Positions 18,194 to 28,065 of a stretch of DNA of 64,000 nucleotides are shown piece after piece. The DNA comes from a virus (taxonomy: Duplodnaviria; Caudoviricetes), in IMG/VR virus record IMGVR_UViG_3300029305_001653, positions 32,001 to 96,000 of that record; one strand, given 5' to 3'. How positions within the stretch are numbered: position 1 is the stretch's first letter; each line of letters starts with the position of its first letter. The notes below the pieces were generated by a model that was not told the DNA's origin, searched no databases, and was given only the letters and a program-made list of their open reading frames with translations. The translations under genes and the position numbers were made by a program.

Positions 18194-18739
18194 ATGCCGT
18201 CTAATATAGAATCTTTAGGAGCTTCTCATCTTGCGAGTGCAGGATTCGAAGTACAACGTACTAATAACTTTGAAATCCAGATTGATAATGTTTCTAAAGT
18301 AAGACCTTTAATTCTTGCTGTAGTATCTGGATTCTTACCTAATGAGTCGAATGAAGTTATCTCCTTGAACTATGGTAATACTACTATCACAGTAGCTGGT
18401 AAAGCTAACGCTAATGGTAGTGGTTCTCTCGTAGTAAGAGACTTTGTACAAGAAGATATAGAGCAAGTTATCGACGAATGGAGAAAGACTGTTTACGACA
18501 AAGATACAGATGCTATCGGATTCGCTGCGGATTACAAGAAGCCTGCATATGTTACTCAGTATGCTCCAGATGGATCTCTTCTACGTGTATGGACTCTTGA
18601 AGGTGTCTGGCCATCTGCAGTAGACTATGGTCAGGTAAGTTACGATAGTCCTGGAGTAAAGACTATCAATATCACACTTCAGTATGATAAAGCTACTATT
18701 AATAGAGACAATTATCAGACTGAGAAGGTTACTAGATAA
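18194..18739 (+). CDS. Tail tube protein (T4 gp19-like)
   Basis: QRTNNFE, YKK..QYAPDG...WTLEGVWP, LQYD; follows sheath. Confidence 0.88.
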   Translation: MPSNIESLGASHLASAGFEVQRTNNFEIQIDNVSKVRPLILAVVSGFLPNESNEVISLNYGNTTITVAGKANANGSGSLVVRDFVQEDIEQVIDEWRKTVYDKDTDAIGFAADYKKPAYVTQYAPDGSLLRVWTLEGVWPSAVDYGQVSYDSPGVKTINITLQYDKATINRDNYQTEKVTR

Positions 18740-18794
18740 TCATACTTCCTCTATAATCTCATTCACTATGATGTGTATCGAGATATATAAATTG

Positions 18795-18828
18795 AAAGAA
18801 GCCTTAGGAGATCTCCTAAGGCTTCTTT
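18795..18828. terminator. Perfect 34-bp palindrome after tail tube gene
   Basis: AAAGAAGCCTTAGGAGA-TCTCCTAAGGCTTCTTT. Confidence 0.75.
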
Positions 18829-18962
18829 AGTATTATACTAATATCAGATAATGAGGAGTATATTAGAGAAGACTTAATGTCTGAATTCCATCAGAAGATG
18901 TTGTTTAGATATCTCATCTATAGAGGGTGGAGATTGAAGGATATGAAAGAGAGGTATTATCA

Positions 18963-19736
18963 ATGTCAACTAATTATAATTTTACTCAAGAAGTCACATT
19001 ACCATCTCAAGGTTTGCTAAATCCTGAGATACCTGGAGGTGTAGTAGTCCAGAGATGTATGATGGTAGCAGATCAGAAATATCTGTCAGGAGCTAGTCAA
19101 GCTGCGTCATCTTCTATACATCAGCTACTACAGCGTACCATAACTTCTCCTGAGAATATCGATGTATCAGCATTAACATTACCTGATACTCTATATCTAT
19201 TATTCAAATTAAGAATTCTATCTTATGGTAGTGATTACAAGTTCCGTACTAGATGTCCTGAGTGTGGTAAAAAGATAGATATCACAGTTGATTTATCGGA
19301 ATTGCCTGTAGAGATTCTAGATGAAAATTATTTAGATGAGTTAAAAGTAAAATTACCTCACAGAGGAGATACAGTATATACTAAATTACCTACAAATGCT
19401 GATATCGAAGAGATAGATAGAGAGATCAAACGTAGAAAGAGAAGAAATGCTAATGACGAGTCTGAGTATATAGTACGTATCGTGAGATCTATCGAAAAGA
19501 TCGAGCTCGCATCTCCGAACAAAGATGGGAAGAAAGAATTGACAAATCTCGTAGAGATTGAAAGATATGTAGGAGCTCTTACTAACTTAGATGCATCTGT
19601 CATACTATCTACTAGAGAGAATATAAGATTCGGAGTAGTTCCTAGTATTGAATATACTTGTCCTGAATGTAGACAATATATCGATGTAAATATACAGTTC
19701 TCTCCAGAATTTTTTCGTCCTGTCTTTAGCAGGTAA
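18963..19736 (+). CDS. Baseplate hub/tail assembly chaperone (T4 gp26-like)
   Basis: VTLPS, D..YLLFKLRILSYG, two CPEC motifs, ends FFRP; ATG 18963 has GAGGT RBS. Confidence 0.75.
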   Translation: MSTNYNFTQEVTLPSQGLLNPEIPGGVVVQRCMMVADQKYLSGASQAASSSIHQLLQRTITSPENIDVSALTLPDTLYLLFKLRILSYGSDYKFRTRCPECGKKIDITVDLSELPVEILDENYLDELKVKLPHRGDTVYTKLPTNADIEEIDREIKRRKRRNANDESEYIVRIVRSIEKIELASPNKDGKKELTNLVEIERYVGALTNLDASVILSTRENIRFGVVPSIEYTCPECRQYIDVNIQFSPEFFRPVFSR

Positions 19737-19749
19737 TTTAGAGAATATC

Positions 19750-19941
19750 GTGGAATCTTCATTCTATCTGTCTTACTATGCAGGTATACAGCCTTCAGAA
19801 GTAGACAACTTATCTACTTATGAATTCCGTAAATATGTAGAGTTGCTTAACTCTCAGTTAAAATCAGATAGAGAGTATGATGAATCTCTAGCTCAGATGT
19901 ATGGAGGAGCTAGAGGTAGAAAACAAATGAATAATATATAA
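19750..19941 (+). CDS. gp51-like small chaperone, possibly expressed by +1 frameshift from the upstream gene
   Basis: LENIVESSFYLSYY..PSEVDNL..EFRKYVELL; weak own RBS; frame open back through TTTTTTCGTC. Confidence 0.6.
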   Translation: MESSFYLSYYAGIQPSEVDNLSTYEFRKYVELLNSQLKSDREYDESLAQMYGGARGRKQMNNI

Positions 19942-19980
19942 AGGGAATTAAGATAATTCCACGTATTATAATAATGTAAG
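19942..19980 (+). promoter_or_regulatory. Conserved bipartite phage promoter, copy 3
   Basis: AGGGAAT-N12-ACGTATTATAATAATGTAAG. Confidence 0.85.
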
Positions 19981-20022
19981 GGTGAAAGAAACACCATAAT
20001 AACTATTAAAGGAGAATGACTT

Positions 20023-20346
20023 ATGAAGAATAAAATATTCACTACTGGCGAGATACTGACTATCAAGACTAATCTTAGAGAAATTGAAAAGAATTTAGGA
20101 GGTCCTATCCCTGGAGGAGTAATTGATGTAGATGATTTGAAAGATCATATATTACGTCCAGGAGAAGTAGTTACAGTATGTAGCAATTTGAGAGCTTTAA
20201 ATAAGAGAGATTCTTCCTATAAAGGTAGTACTCCTTACGGAAGCAAGACTACACCAGGTAGTGCTATAAAAGCTATAATATTCTTACTAGCAGTATCTGG
20301 GATAATATTCATAATAGAGAAAATATTAGGTCTGACTATATTATAA
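20023..20346 (+). CDS. Small membrane-anchored protein with internal duplication
   Basis: TGEILTIKTNLREIEK / PGEVVTVCSNLRALNK; C-terminal hydrophobic AIIFLLAVSGIIFII. Confidence 0.65.
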   Translation: MKNKIFTTGEILTIKTNLREIEKNLGGPIPGGVIDVDDLKDHILRPGEVVTVCSNLRALNKRDSSYKGSTPYGSKTTPGSAIKAIIFLLAVSGIIFIIEKILGLTIL

Positions 20347-20372
20347 CGCATTAATCGAGGAGGTGATAGCTC

Positions 20373-23351
20373 TTGGCAGTATTAAAAACTGAATTAAATT
20401 GGAGTACTTATCAACAGAAGCAGTTATCTATACTACAAGACTTAGAGAAGTCTTTCGCTAGAAGCTTGAGGATAAGTGAACACTTAGCTACTACTATGAA
20501 TAAAGTAGAGTACTCCATAAAATCTATCGCTATTGCCTCTGAGAATTCTGCGAAGAATATTCAATCTATAACTCAGAAACTTCTTAAAAATTATGAGACT
20601 CTAGAGCAGACTACAGCCTCTTATGAAGCTAAGATGAGAGAGGCAGGAAAGTCCCTAGGAGGATTCAGTGTTCGCATTAATTCAGCTGGGGAAAGTGCTG
20701 AGAGAAGTGGTAGACAGGTAGAACAGGCAGGTGGAAGATTTGCATCTGTCCTTGATAGTACTAGCAATTTATTATCTAACTATTGGGATCATCTAGGAAG
20801 ACTTGAAGGAGTAGGTAGGGAAATAGATAAATTCTCTGACGCTAGTAATCAGATGATTAAGTTATCTGGTATGTCCGGAGATATAGTAAGAGAGTTCCGA
20901 GGAGAGATAATGAGCACAGTAGCAGAGCTGAACGTAGCTACAGGTTCAGCTTTCAGTCCTCAGGAATCCTACGGACAGATCATATCTATTTTCCAAGGAG
21001 TAACTAGTAATCTAGATGCTATCGAAGAGATGGCGAAGCCTATGCTCCTCACTCAAGAAACACTAGACGTTAATATTAATACAGTAGCAGATATCTTTAA
21101 TAAATTCTATACTAGATATAATTTCTCCTCTATGCATATGGAAGATGCGTTAGACGAGATTAGAGGTAATACTGCAGGTAATTCAGCTAATGCTGAAGCT
21201 ACGCTAGAGAATCTGAAGACTCTAGAACATTGGATTAACAATTATGCTGGAGACAATAATGAACTTAGAGAGGAACTGATAGAACGTACTTCACACTTTA
21301 CTTCATGGTTAGAGAGTATGAATATGGACTCAGGTCCTTTTGCTGCATATATGAAGAATGTAGCAGATAGTGTCTCTAATGTAAGCCAAGACGGGTTACA
21401 ATTGATACTCAGTAGAGTAGGTATAGGAGCTTTAGAAGCTCAGAACTTAGCTAGATCTGGAGAGTATGAATATCTAACATCTAATATAGTAGAAGGTATC
21501 TACGCAGTCATGTCAGATTTTGACAGTAATAGAGATGGTAGATTCGGAGAAGGAGAAGCAGTTAATCTAAGTAAGATGCTAGAGAATTACGGTATAAGTA
21601 TGGATCTAGCTATGGAAGTATGGAATCTGAAGAATTCTGATGGATGGACTTCATTAGAAGATTTCATAGAGAAAAATTCTGATAAATCTTCAGCAGAAGA
21701 GTTAGTAGCAGATAAATATGTATCTATGGCTAATAAGACTAATCATTGGTTAGAGCAGATATACGCAGTAACTGCTAGTATCCAAGAACTTCTCCCATTC
21801 GGCTTCTCTGATATAGCATTAGCTATCGCTCTACTAGGAGGTACAGGATCAGGTGGAGGTCTCGGAGGTAGAGCTGTATCAGGTATGAGAAGTATAGGCA
21901 TGCAGAGTATGTATAGAGGTATTTTCTCTACTCCTAGAAGTCTAGGAGGAGTTACTCAAGGTCTATCTAGAGTAGCAGGTATCGGAGGAGGTATCGGAGG
22001 AGCTGCTATGCTCGGAGGAGGAGTAGTAGCAGGAGGAGCTCTAGCTTTCGACGGATTCTCTGACATGGTAGATACAGGAAATAGTACAGGTACTAGAGTA
22101 TTAGGAGGACTTGAAGGAGGACTCGGAGTAGCTGGTGCAGGTACTCTACTAGCTGCAGGTGTTACGAATCCTGTAGGATGGGCTCTACTAGCAGCAGGAG
22201 GATTAGCTGCATTAGGTAAGGTTGCTTACGAGAATGCTACAGCTCTTGGAGGAAATGCTCAAGCTGCAGTAGATGAATTAGCTAAGATAGAAAAAAGTCT
22301 ACAAGAAGAGAATCAACAAAGATTCACTGATATCCTAGATCTTTCTTATAATTTCAATAAAGAAACAGATATAGAAAAACAGAGACAATTACTCCTAGAA
22401 GCAGGCATAGCGGAAGAAGAAGAATTACGTAGCATGCAGAAAGATCAGATGAGTAATCTTATAAAAGAGTATCAATCTGCGGCTTCTGCTATGACTACTA
22501 TCACAGATAATATTCTAGGAGAAGCTGAAAGATATACTACTGAGAAACATAAAGAACAGCAGAGTAAGTTTTTACAGATGGTAGAGCAGCAGGCAGATAC
22601 TCCTGAAGAGAGACTACAGTTCCTCAATATGATCAAATCTTCGGTTACTGACGAAGATACTCGTAACAAGATAGATAAAGTAGTGGAGAGAGGATGGATC
22701 TCAGATGATCAATGGAATGATATCCTCATGGGAGGACAGAACTGGCTTTGGGATAAGCATCATCTAGGGAATACTACTATCAATGCCACAGATATGAATA
22801 GAGCTGCTACATATTTAGGAGGAGAAGCTAATTACAGCAATTTCGACGAAATAGATGAAGCAACTGAATTATGGAATAAATATCAGGAAGCGATTATATA
22901 TAAAAATAGAAAATCAGCTGATGAGATATGGAAAGAGATATTAGATAAGGATTACGATGATGAAGTAGCAGAGATGTTCGGAGCAACTGGTCCTGAACAT
23001 TTACATCTCCCTGCATATAGACAAGGTACTAATTACATCACAAAAGATCATATAGCTCTTCTCCATGAAGGAGAGGCTGTAGTACCTAAGAAGTATAATC
23101 CTGCAGTAAATAGTAAAGAATTACAATACTTAACTGAATATTTGACAAGAGAGCAAGAAAATACTCAGAGAGAGTATCAAGAGAGTAAAGAGTACTTAAT
23201 ATCCTTTATAGAAGAGATGAGAGAGATAAGGATGTTCTTATCTCTATGGAAAGAAGAGAATAATCTGAAAGAGAGATTATCGAGTGCACACTCAAAACAT
23301 AATGATATAAATAAAGTACTCTTAAGACAGTATTTAAGTATGAATACTTGA
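20373..23351 (+). CDS. Tape measure protein
   Basis: Long helical protein with Gly/Ala-rich hydrophobic core, C-terminal GTNYI..ALLHEGEAVVP; position. Confidence 0.8.
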   Translation: MAVLKTELNWSTYQQKQLSILQDLEKSFARSLRISEHLATTMNKVEYSIKSIAIASENSAKNIQSITQKLLKNYETLEQTTASYEAKMREAGKSLGGFSVRINSAGESAERSGRQVEQAGGRFASVLDSTSNLLSNYWDHLGRLEGVGREIDKFSDASNQMIKLSGMSGDIVREFRGEIMSTVAELNVATGSAFSPQESYGQIISIFQGVTSNLDAIEEMAKPMLLTQETLDVNINTVADIFNKFYTRYNFSSMHMEDALDEIRGNTAGNSANAEATLENLKTLEHWINNYAGDNNELREELIERTSHFTSWLESMNMDSGPFAAYMKNVADSVSNVSQDGLQLILSRVGIGALEAQNLARSGEYEYLTSNIVEGIYAVMSDFDSNRDGRFGEGEAVNLSKMLENYGISMDLAMEVWNLKNSDGWTSLEDFIEKNSDKSSAEELVADKYVSMANKTNHWLEQIYAVTASIQELLPFGFSDIALAIALLGGTGSGGGLGGRAVSGMRSIGMQSMYRGIFSTPRSLGGVTQGLSRVAGIGGGIGGAAMLGGGVVAGGALAFDGFSDMVDTGNSTGTRVLGGLEGGLGVAGAGTLLAAGVTNPVGWALLAAGGLAALGKVAYENATALGGNAQAAVDELAKIEKSLQEENQQRFTDILDLSYNFNKETDIEKQRQLLLEAGIAEEEELRSMQKDQMSNLIKEYQSAASAMTTITDNILGEAERYTTEKHKEQQSKFLQMVEQQADTPEERLQFLNMIKSSVTDEDTRNKIDKVVERGWISDDQWNDILMGGQNWLWDKHHLGNTTINATDMNRAATYLGGEANYSNFDEIDEATELWNKYQEAIIYKNRKSADEIWKEILDKDYDDEVAEMFGATGPEHLHLPAYRQGTNYITKDHIALLHEGEAVVPKKYNPAVNSKELQYLTEYLTREQENTQREYQESKEYLISFIEEMREIRMFLSLWKEENNLKERLSSAHSKHNDINKVLLRQYLSMNT

Positions 23352-23372
23352 TAGAATTGAGGTGAGACTAAA

Positions 23373-24932
23373 TTGAGTGTTCAAGATCAAATCTATCGTT
23401 ACGTAATTGATGAGTTAGGATTCAATCATGCTATAGCTTGTGGTATATTAGCTAATGCTCAAGCAGAGTCTGGATTTAGACCTAATGCTGTAGGAGATAG
23501 TGGAGATGCTTACGGACTATTCCAGTGGAACTCTAGAAGAGAGGAGCTATTCTCCTATGCAGGGACTAGAAGTCCTTCTGTAGCTCAACAATTAGAGTTC
23601 CTCGGATATGAACTTTACAATTCTGAGTATGTTGCTAGATCTCATATAGAGGATTTAGAAGATACTAGAGATGGAGCATACGAAGCAGGATATAATTTCT
23701 GCGTATATTATGAACGTCCATCTAATAAAGAAGAGAAAGGTGATATTAGAGGGAAAGCAGCTCAGACTCTATTTGATAGATATACACCTACATCCTCTCC
23801 TGTTAGCTCTAAAGGAAAGAGTATCGTGTCTATAGCTCGCACAGTAGTTGAGAAGAAAATCCCTTATATCAAGGGAGAGTCTTTGTATGACAATGATCAG
23901 AGAGGTACAGATAGTCCTGGACTAGTTTACTACGCTTACAGAGAAGCTGGAGTAGATATACAAGAGTATTCAGCTAGTGAGTATTACTACAAGTATAAAG
24001 ATAGAGCTAGGAAAGTCACTACTTCTGAATTAGCTCCTGGAGATTTACTATTCTATGATTACCACAATCAAATAATTGATGTAGCTATAGCTACAGGTGA
24101 GGGTACTCGTATCTACTCTAAAGAAGGAGTAGGTGTAATAGAAGAGACTAGTATAGGTAGTCCTATATATGTTTTGAGATTACTCTCTAGTGCTGAAACC
24201 TCTATAGGAAGAGATTCAGAGGCTACTCATACTCCAGGGTTCGAGTCTATATCTCCAGAGGAGTATATTGCACTCTCTTCTCTAGATTTTAATGCTGCTA
24301 AAGTAGCTAGTAGATTATCAGAATTATCTACTACAGGATTTGATTATGGTTATCTCATAGATATTACTCATAATGAAGAGTTTAGATTTTATATACCTGA
24401 ATTCTCTGAACAAGCAGGAGCTCAATGGAGTGATGTAGAGATAAGAGGGAGATCTGTCTCTGTGAAGTCTTATGAGTCTACTAACTCTAGAGTAGTGAGT
24501 CTATCTTTAGACCTATATGCAGGTGTAGGTCTTTACGCTCCTACCTCAGGAGAGAGCAAGGAAGAAACTTTAGATAGAATGTACAAGGATATAAATTTTG
24601 TGAAATCCTTAGAATATCCTGACTACTCTAATCCTATCATCAAACCTCCTCCTACAGTACACTTAATACTAGGTCCTACTCTGAGTATAGTAGGCGTAAT
24701 TAGTAATGTGAGTGTGGAGCATCTCAAACCTTTTGATGAACAGAAGAGAGCTATGTATGTGAAATTGAATTTCACAGTTACACAGATAGCTGTTAATCCT
24801 CCAGATTATAGAGATATTAGATCAGGTCCGACTTCTGCACTTAGTACTTCAAATACAGCTTCTCTTTATACTGCAGGTACTACGATAGAAGGAGACCCTA
24901 CTAATGTACCTACTTACTCAGAAGGAGAGTGA
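23373..24932 (+). CDS. Tail lysozyme (Phage_lysozyme2-like) + degenerate NlpC/P60 + tube-initiator-like domain
   Basis: GILANAQAESG..YGLFQW..R, YERP; GTDSPGLVYYAY and LAPGDLLF; C-terminal YPDY..PPTVHLILG. Confidence 0.75.
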   Translation: MSVQDQIYRYVIDELGFNHAIACGILANAQAESGFRPNAVGDSGDAYGLFQWNSRREELFSYAGTRSPSVAQQLEFLGYELYNSEYVARSHIEDLEDTRDGAYEAGYNFCVYYERPSNKEEKGDIRGKAAQTLFDRYTPTSSPVSSKGKSIVSIARTVVEKKIPYIKGESLYDNDQRGTDSPGLVYYAYREAGVDIQEYSASEYYYKYKDRARKVTTSELAPGDLLFYDYHNQIIDVAIATGEGTRIYSKEGVGVIEETSIGSPIYVLRLLSSAETSIGRDSEATHTPGFESISPEEYIALSSLDFNAAKVASRLSELSTTGFDYGYLIDITHNEEFRFYIPEFSEQAGAQWSDVEIRGRSVSVKSYESTNSRVVSLSLDLYAGVGLYAPTSGESKEETLDRMYKDINFVKSLEYPDYSNPIIKPPPTVHLILGPTLSIVGVISNVSVEHLKPFDEQKRAMYVKLNFTVTQIAVNPPDYRDIRSGPTSALSTSNTASLYTAGTTIEGDPTNVPTYSEGE

Positions 24933-24937
24933 AGTAA

Positions 24938-25288
24938 TTGAATACTAGAGAGTTCTATGAAGAGTCAAAGAATTCTTCGAAATCTTACTCAGATAGATAC
25001 AAGAATTGTAAAATATTGAAAGACATAGAGACGAAAGAAGTATTACTGTCTACGAGGGAGATAGTAGATATACCTAGTCATCCTAATGATTTATATCATA
25101 GAGTGAAATCTAATGAAGTATCTAGATTAGATTTACTAGCTCACAAGTATTATAGCAATCCTCTACTATGGTGGGTGATAGCTCAAGCTAATGATATCTA
25201 TGACCCGATGACTATGTTACTACCAGGTACTCTATTGAGGATACCTTCTCTAGAAGTACTGTATGGTAATAATGGAATACTTCTATAG
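24938..25288 (+). CDS. Baseplate wedge LysM-like protein (gp53-like)
   Basis: RLDLLAHKYYSNPLLWWVIAQAN..PGTLLRIP. Confidence 0.85.
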   Translation: MNTREFYEESKNSSKSYSDRYKNCKILKDIETKEVLLSTREIVDIPSHPNDLYHRVKSNEVSRLDLLAHKYYSNPLLWWVIAQANDIYDPMTMLLPGTLLRIPSLEVLYGNNGILL

Positions 25289-25304
25289 GTCATAAGGAGG
25301 AACT

Positions 25305-27026
25305 ATGGAATTTGTATATAAAAATAATCCTCTTAATGATGGTACATATACTGTAACTAGTCCTTACGGGCAGAGAGGTAGTGGATTCCATGGAGCTATA
25401 GATCTAGGCACGTATGGAGGAGCAGCAGAGCCTATATTCGCAGTAGCAGATGGTACAGTAGCTCGTGTAGGTAGTGATCCTGATGGTTATGGATACTACG
25501 TATATCTGGATCACGATGGAGGAGTACGTACTGTATATGCTCATATGATAGAAAAGAGCCAGCTGATAGAAGGCAATCCTATAAGTGCAGGAGAGCAGAT
25601 AGGTAATGTAGGTAGTACAGGAAATAGTACAGGACCTCATTTACATTTCGAGATAATAGTAGGAGGGGATAAAGTAGATCCTACACCTTACATAGAACAT
25701 GGAGGACCTACTTATCTTTCAGCATCTTACACTCCTGGATCTAACTTAAATTTAGAGGATGTACTATTAGAGGATATACACAAATCTTATCACAGTGTGG
25801 TAGATGCTGGAGGTACTACTGTAGGACAGAGAGTATCAGGAGCAACCCCTCAACCTGTTCATGCATTCGTAAATATCTATGTAGGGGATAATCAAACTCT
25901 ACTAGCTACGAATCCAGCTAGACCTAACTTCATCCAATCTTTCGAATACAGTAGATTAGACGGAGCAGGAGAGTCCGTTATATTTACTGTATTCGATGAT
26001 AATTGGCAAGAGATGGAGAAAGTACTTGCTGCTAATTACAACAATATCTATATAGAGTACGGATACTATGGTATAGGAGTAAAATCAAAGAGAGTTAAAT
26101 TAATGCTACTAAATTATAGTTTATCTTTCGAAGATACAGGTACTATCCTCTCAGTAGAAGCTGTAACAGAAGGTGTAGTGGATAATTTAACTCAGACTAG
26201 TATAGTATTAGATACGTATAATCCTACAGAAGCTGTAAAGAAGATATGTGAATATCTTGGATATACTGTACTAGATGAAAACTTCGATGAATCCCAAGAC
26301 GTACAGGCAGACAATCCTTTTAATATAATAGAAGATTTTCCTATCACTTACATCTATGATACTATTATCCCACAAGCTTCACAAGTAGGAGAAGAATTAT
26401 TCAGTTTCGATATAGACTCAGAAGGAGTAGCTTACTTTAAAAGAGAAGGATACAGTACTACTAGGACAGATAATCTTCGTACTTATATTGTAAGAAAAGG
26501 ATATGATAGTTCAGTAATAGACTTCACTGTAGATATAAAAGGAGTATTCGGAGGTAGTGGTACATTCGAAATAGCTACTGAATACAGAAGTTCTGTATTC
26601 GATACTAAGACGAAGAATCAAGAGTACTATGAAGTTAATAAAGGAGATACTATCACTACAGCTACAGGAGATATAGTTCATACTAAGTTCGACCAGTCAA
26701 GTGTACTAGTAGAACAGTCAGGGTACACACCATCGCAGACGAAGAGTAGAGTGTATTATGATATGAAGTCCATGATACATGATGGTTACTCTGCTACCTT
26801 GACTATATTAGGTGATCCTACTATACAGATACATGACTTTGTTAGAGTAATTAATATGACAGACTCAGGACATCTACATCATACTTCAGGAGTCTACTGG
26901 ATCCAAGGTATTACAGATTCTATCCAAGGTGGTAGTATGACTACAACACTGAAGTTGCTGAAGAATGCAACTGCAGGAGATATAGATGGATTAGAGATAC
27001 TCCACTCTAAGCCTATACTGAAATAG
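25305..27026 (+). CDS. M23 peptidase fused to baseplate hub (gp27-like)
   Basis: HGAID, YAHM, GNSTGPHLHFE; C-terminal LTILGDP..SGVYWI..TTTLKL. Confidence 0.85.
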   Translation: MEFVYKNNPLNDGTYTVTSPYGQRGSGFHGAIDLGTYGGAAEPIFAVADGTVARVGSDPDGYGYYVYLDHDGGVRTVYAHMIEKSQLIEGNPISAGEQIGNVGSTGNSTGPHLHFEIIVGGDKVDPTPYIEHGGPTYLSASYTPGSNLNLEDVLLEDIHKSYHSVVDAGGTTVGQRVSGATPQPVHAFVNIYVGDNQTLLATNPARPNFIQSFEYSRLDGAGESVIFTVFDDNWQEMEKVLAANYNNIYIEYGYYGIGVKSKRVKLMLLNYSLSFEDTGTILSVEAVTEGVVDNLTQTSIVLDTYNPTEAVKKICEYLGYTVLDENFDESQDVQADNPFNIIEDFPITYIYDTIIPQASQVGEELFSFDIDSEGVAYFKREGYSTTRTDNLRTYIVRKGYDSSVIDFTVDIKGVFGGSGTFEIATEYRSSVFDTKTKNQEYYEVNKGDTITTATGDIVHTKFDQSSVLVEQSGYTPSQTKSRVYYDMKSMIHDGYSATLTILGDPTIQIHDFVRVINMTDSGHLHHTSGVYWIQGITDSIQGGSMTTTLKLLKNATAGDIDGLEILHSKPILK

Positions 27027-27036
27027 AGGTGAGTAT

Positions 27037-27618
27037 ATGTTTAAGAACGCTTACACGAGAACCTACTCGTCTATTTATAGAGGAATAGTAGAAGACAATA
27101 TAGACCCTGAGAATTTAGGGAGATGCAAGATTAGAGTTCCTTCAGTACATGGAGAACTTACTTATCCTGTAGAGATACTACCTTGGGCTAGACCTATAGT
27201 CTTATCTCCTATAAGTAAAGAGCGAGGAAGTGTTCACATACCTGATAAAGGAGATATAGTATGGGTATTCTTCGAAGGTGCAAATAGAGATTTTCCTGTC
27301 TATATAGGAGGTACTTATGGTATAGGAGATATAGAAATCAAGAATGACGTAATAGATTTCTATATAGAAAAAGATAATAAAATTTCTTATAATAGGAGTA
27401 CTAACACCTACCATATCATGATAGGAAATAATTCCATTACAGTAAGTCCTAAGAATATTACTATTGAAGGTAGTGTCTTAGTAAAAGGAGATATGAAAGT
27501 CTCCGGAGTTATTGAATCTGATACTGATGTATTATCGAATGATATTAGTCTTATATCTCATAGACATGGTGGAGTAATGCTAGGAGTAGGATCTACTGGA
27601 GGTCCTAGAGGGAGGTAA
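27037..27618 (+). CDS. Baseplate spike (gp5 OB-fold/gpV-like)
   Basis: YRGIVEDNIDPENLGRCKIRVP, PWA, VWVFFE; C-terminal HRH. Confidence 0.88.
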   Translation: MFKNAYTRTYSSIYRGIVEDNIDPENLGRCKIRVPSVHGELTYPVEILPWARPIVLSPISKERGSVHIPDKGDIVWVFFEGANRDFPVYIGGTYGIGDIEIKNDVIDFYIEKDNKISYNRSTNTYHIMIGNNSITVSPKNITIEGSVLVKGDMKVSGVIESDTDVLSNDISLISHRHGGVMLGVGSTGGPRGR

Positions 27619-27621
27619 TAA

Positions 27622-28050
27622 ATGGCACAGTCTAATAACTTAATAGGTAGAGGTCCTTCATTTCCTTACAATAAATCTTCTTCAGGAGGACTAGAGTATA
27701 CTGAAGATATAGCTCGTATCAATCAAAGTTTATTTCTGATATTTGAAACTCCTAAAGGTAGTAGATTGATGATGCCTGAATTTGGATCTGACTTACGAAA
27801 GTATAAGTTCGACCCTCTAGATAGAGTACTGATGGAAAAGGTTAGATACACTATAACTGAAGACATCAAGAGATGGGAGCCTCGTATATCATTGTCTAGT
27901 ATAGAATTTTTACTGGATGACGATGTCATTGATAATAACATACTCTATGTATCTATAAGCTATAGAGTAATAAATACTAATGTACCTGCTAATTATGTAT
28001 ATCCTTACAGATTAGGTACGTATGATACAAATGAAATAAGCTATAACTAA
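27622..28050 (+). CDS. Baseplate wedge subunit (gp25-like)
   Basis: TPKGSRLMMPEFGS, FDP, WEPRI. Confidence 0.9.
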   Translation: MAQSNNLIGRGPSFPYNKSSSGGLEYTEDIARINQSLFLIFETPKGSRLMMPEFGSDLRKYKFDPLDRVLMEKVRYTITEDIKRWEPRISLSSIEFLLDDDVIDNNILYVSISYRVINTNVPANYVYPYRLGTYDTNEISYN

Positions 28051-28065
28051 ATAAGGAGGTACAGG

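Noticed and set aside
18877-19020. Small ORF MSEFHQKMLFRY... in the gap before the gp26-like gene
   Set aside because: Poorly spaced RBS, overlaps the next gene out of frame, no recognisable features
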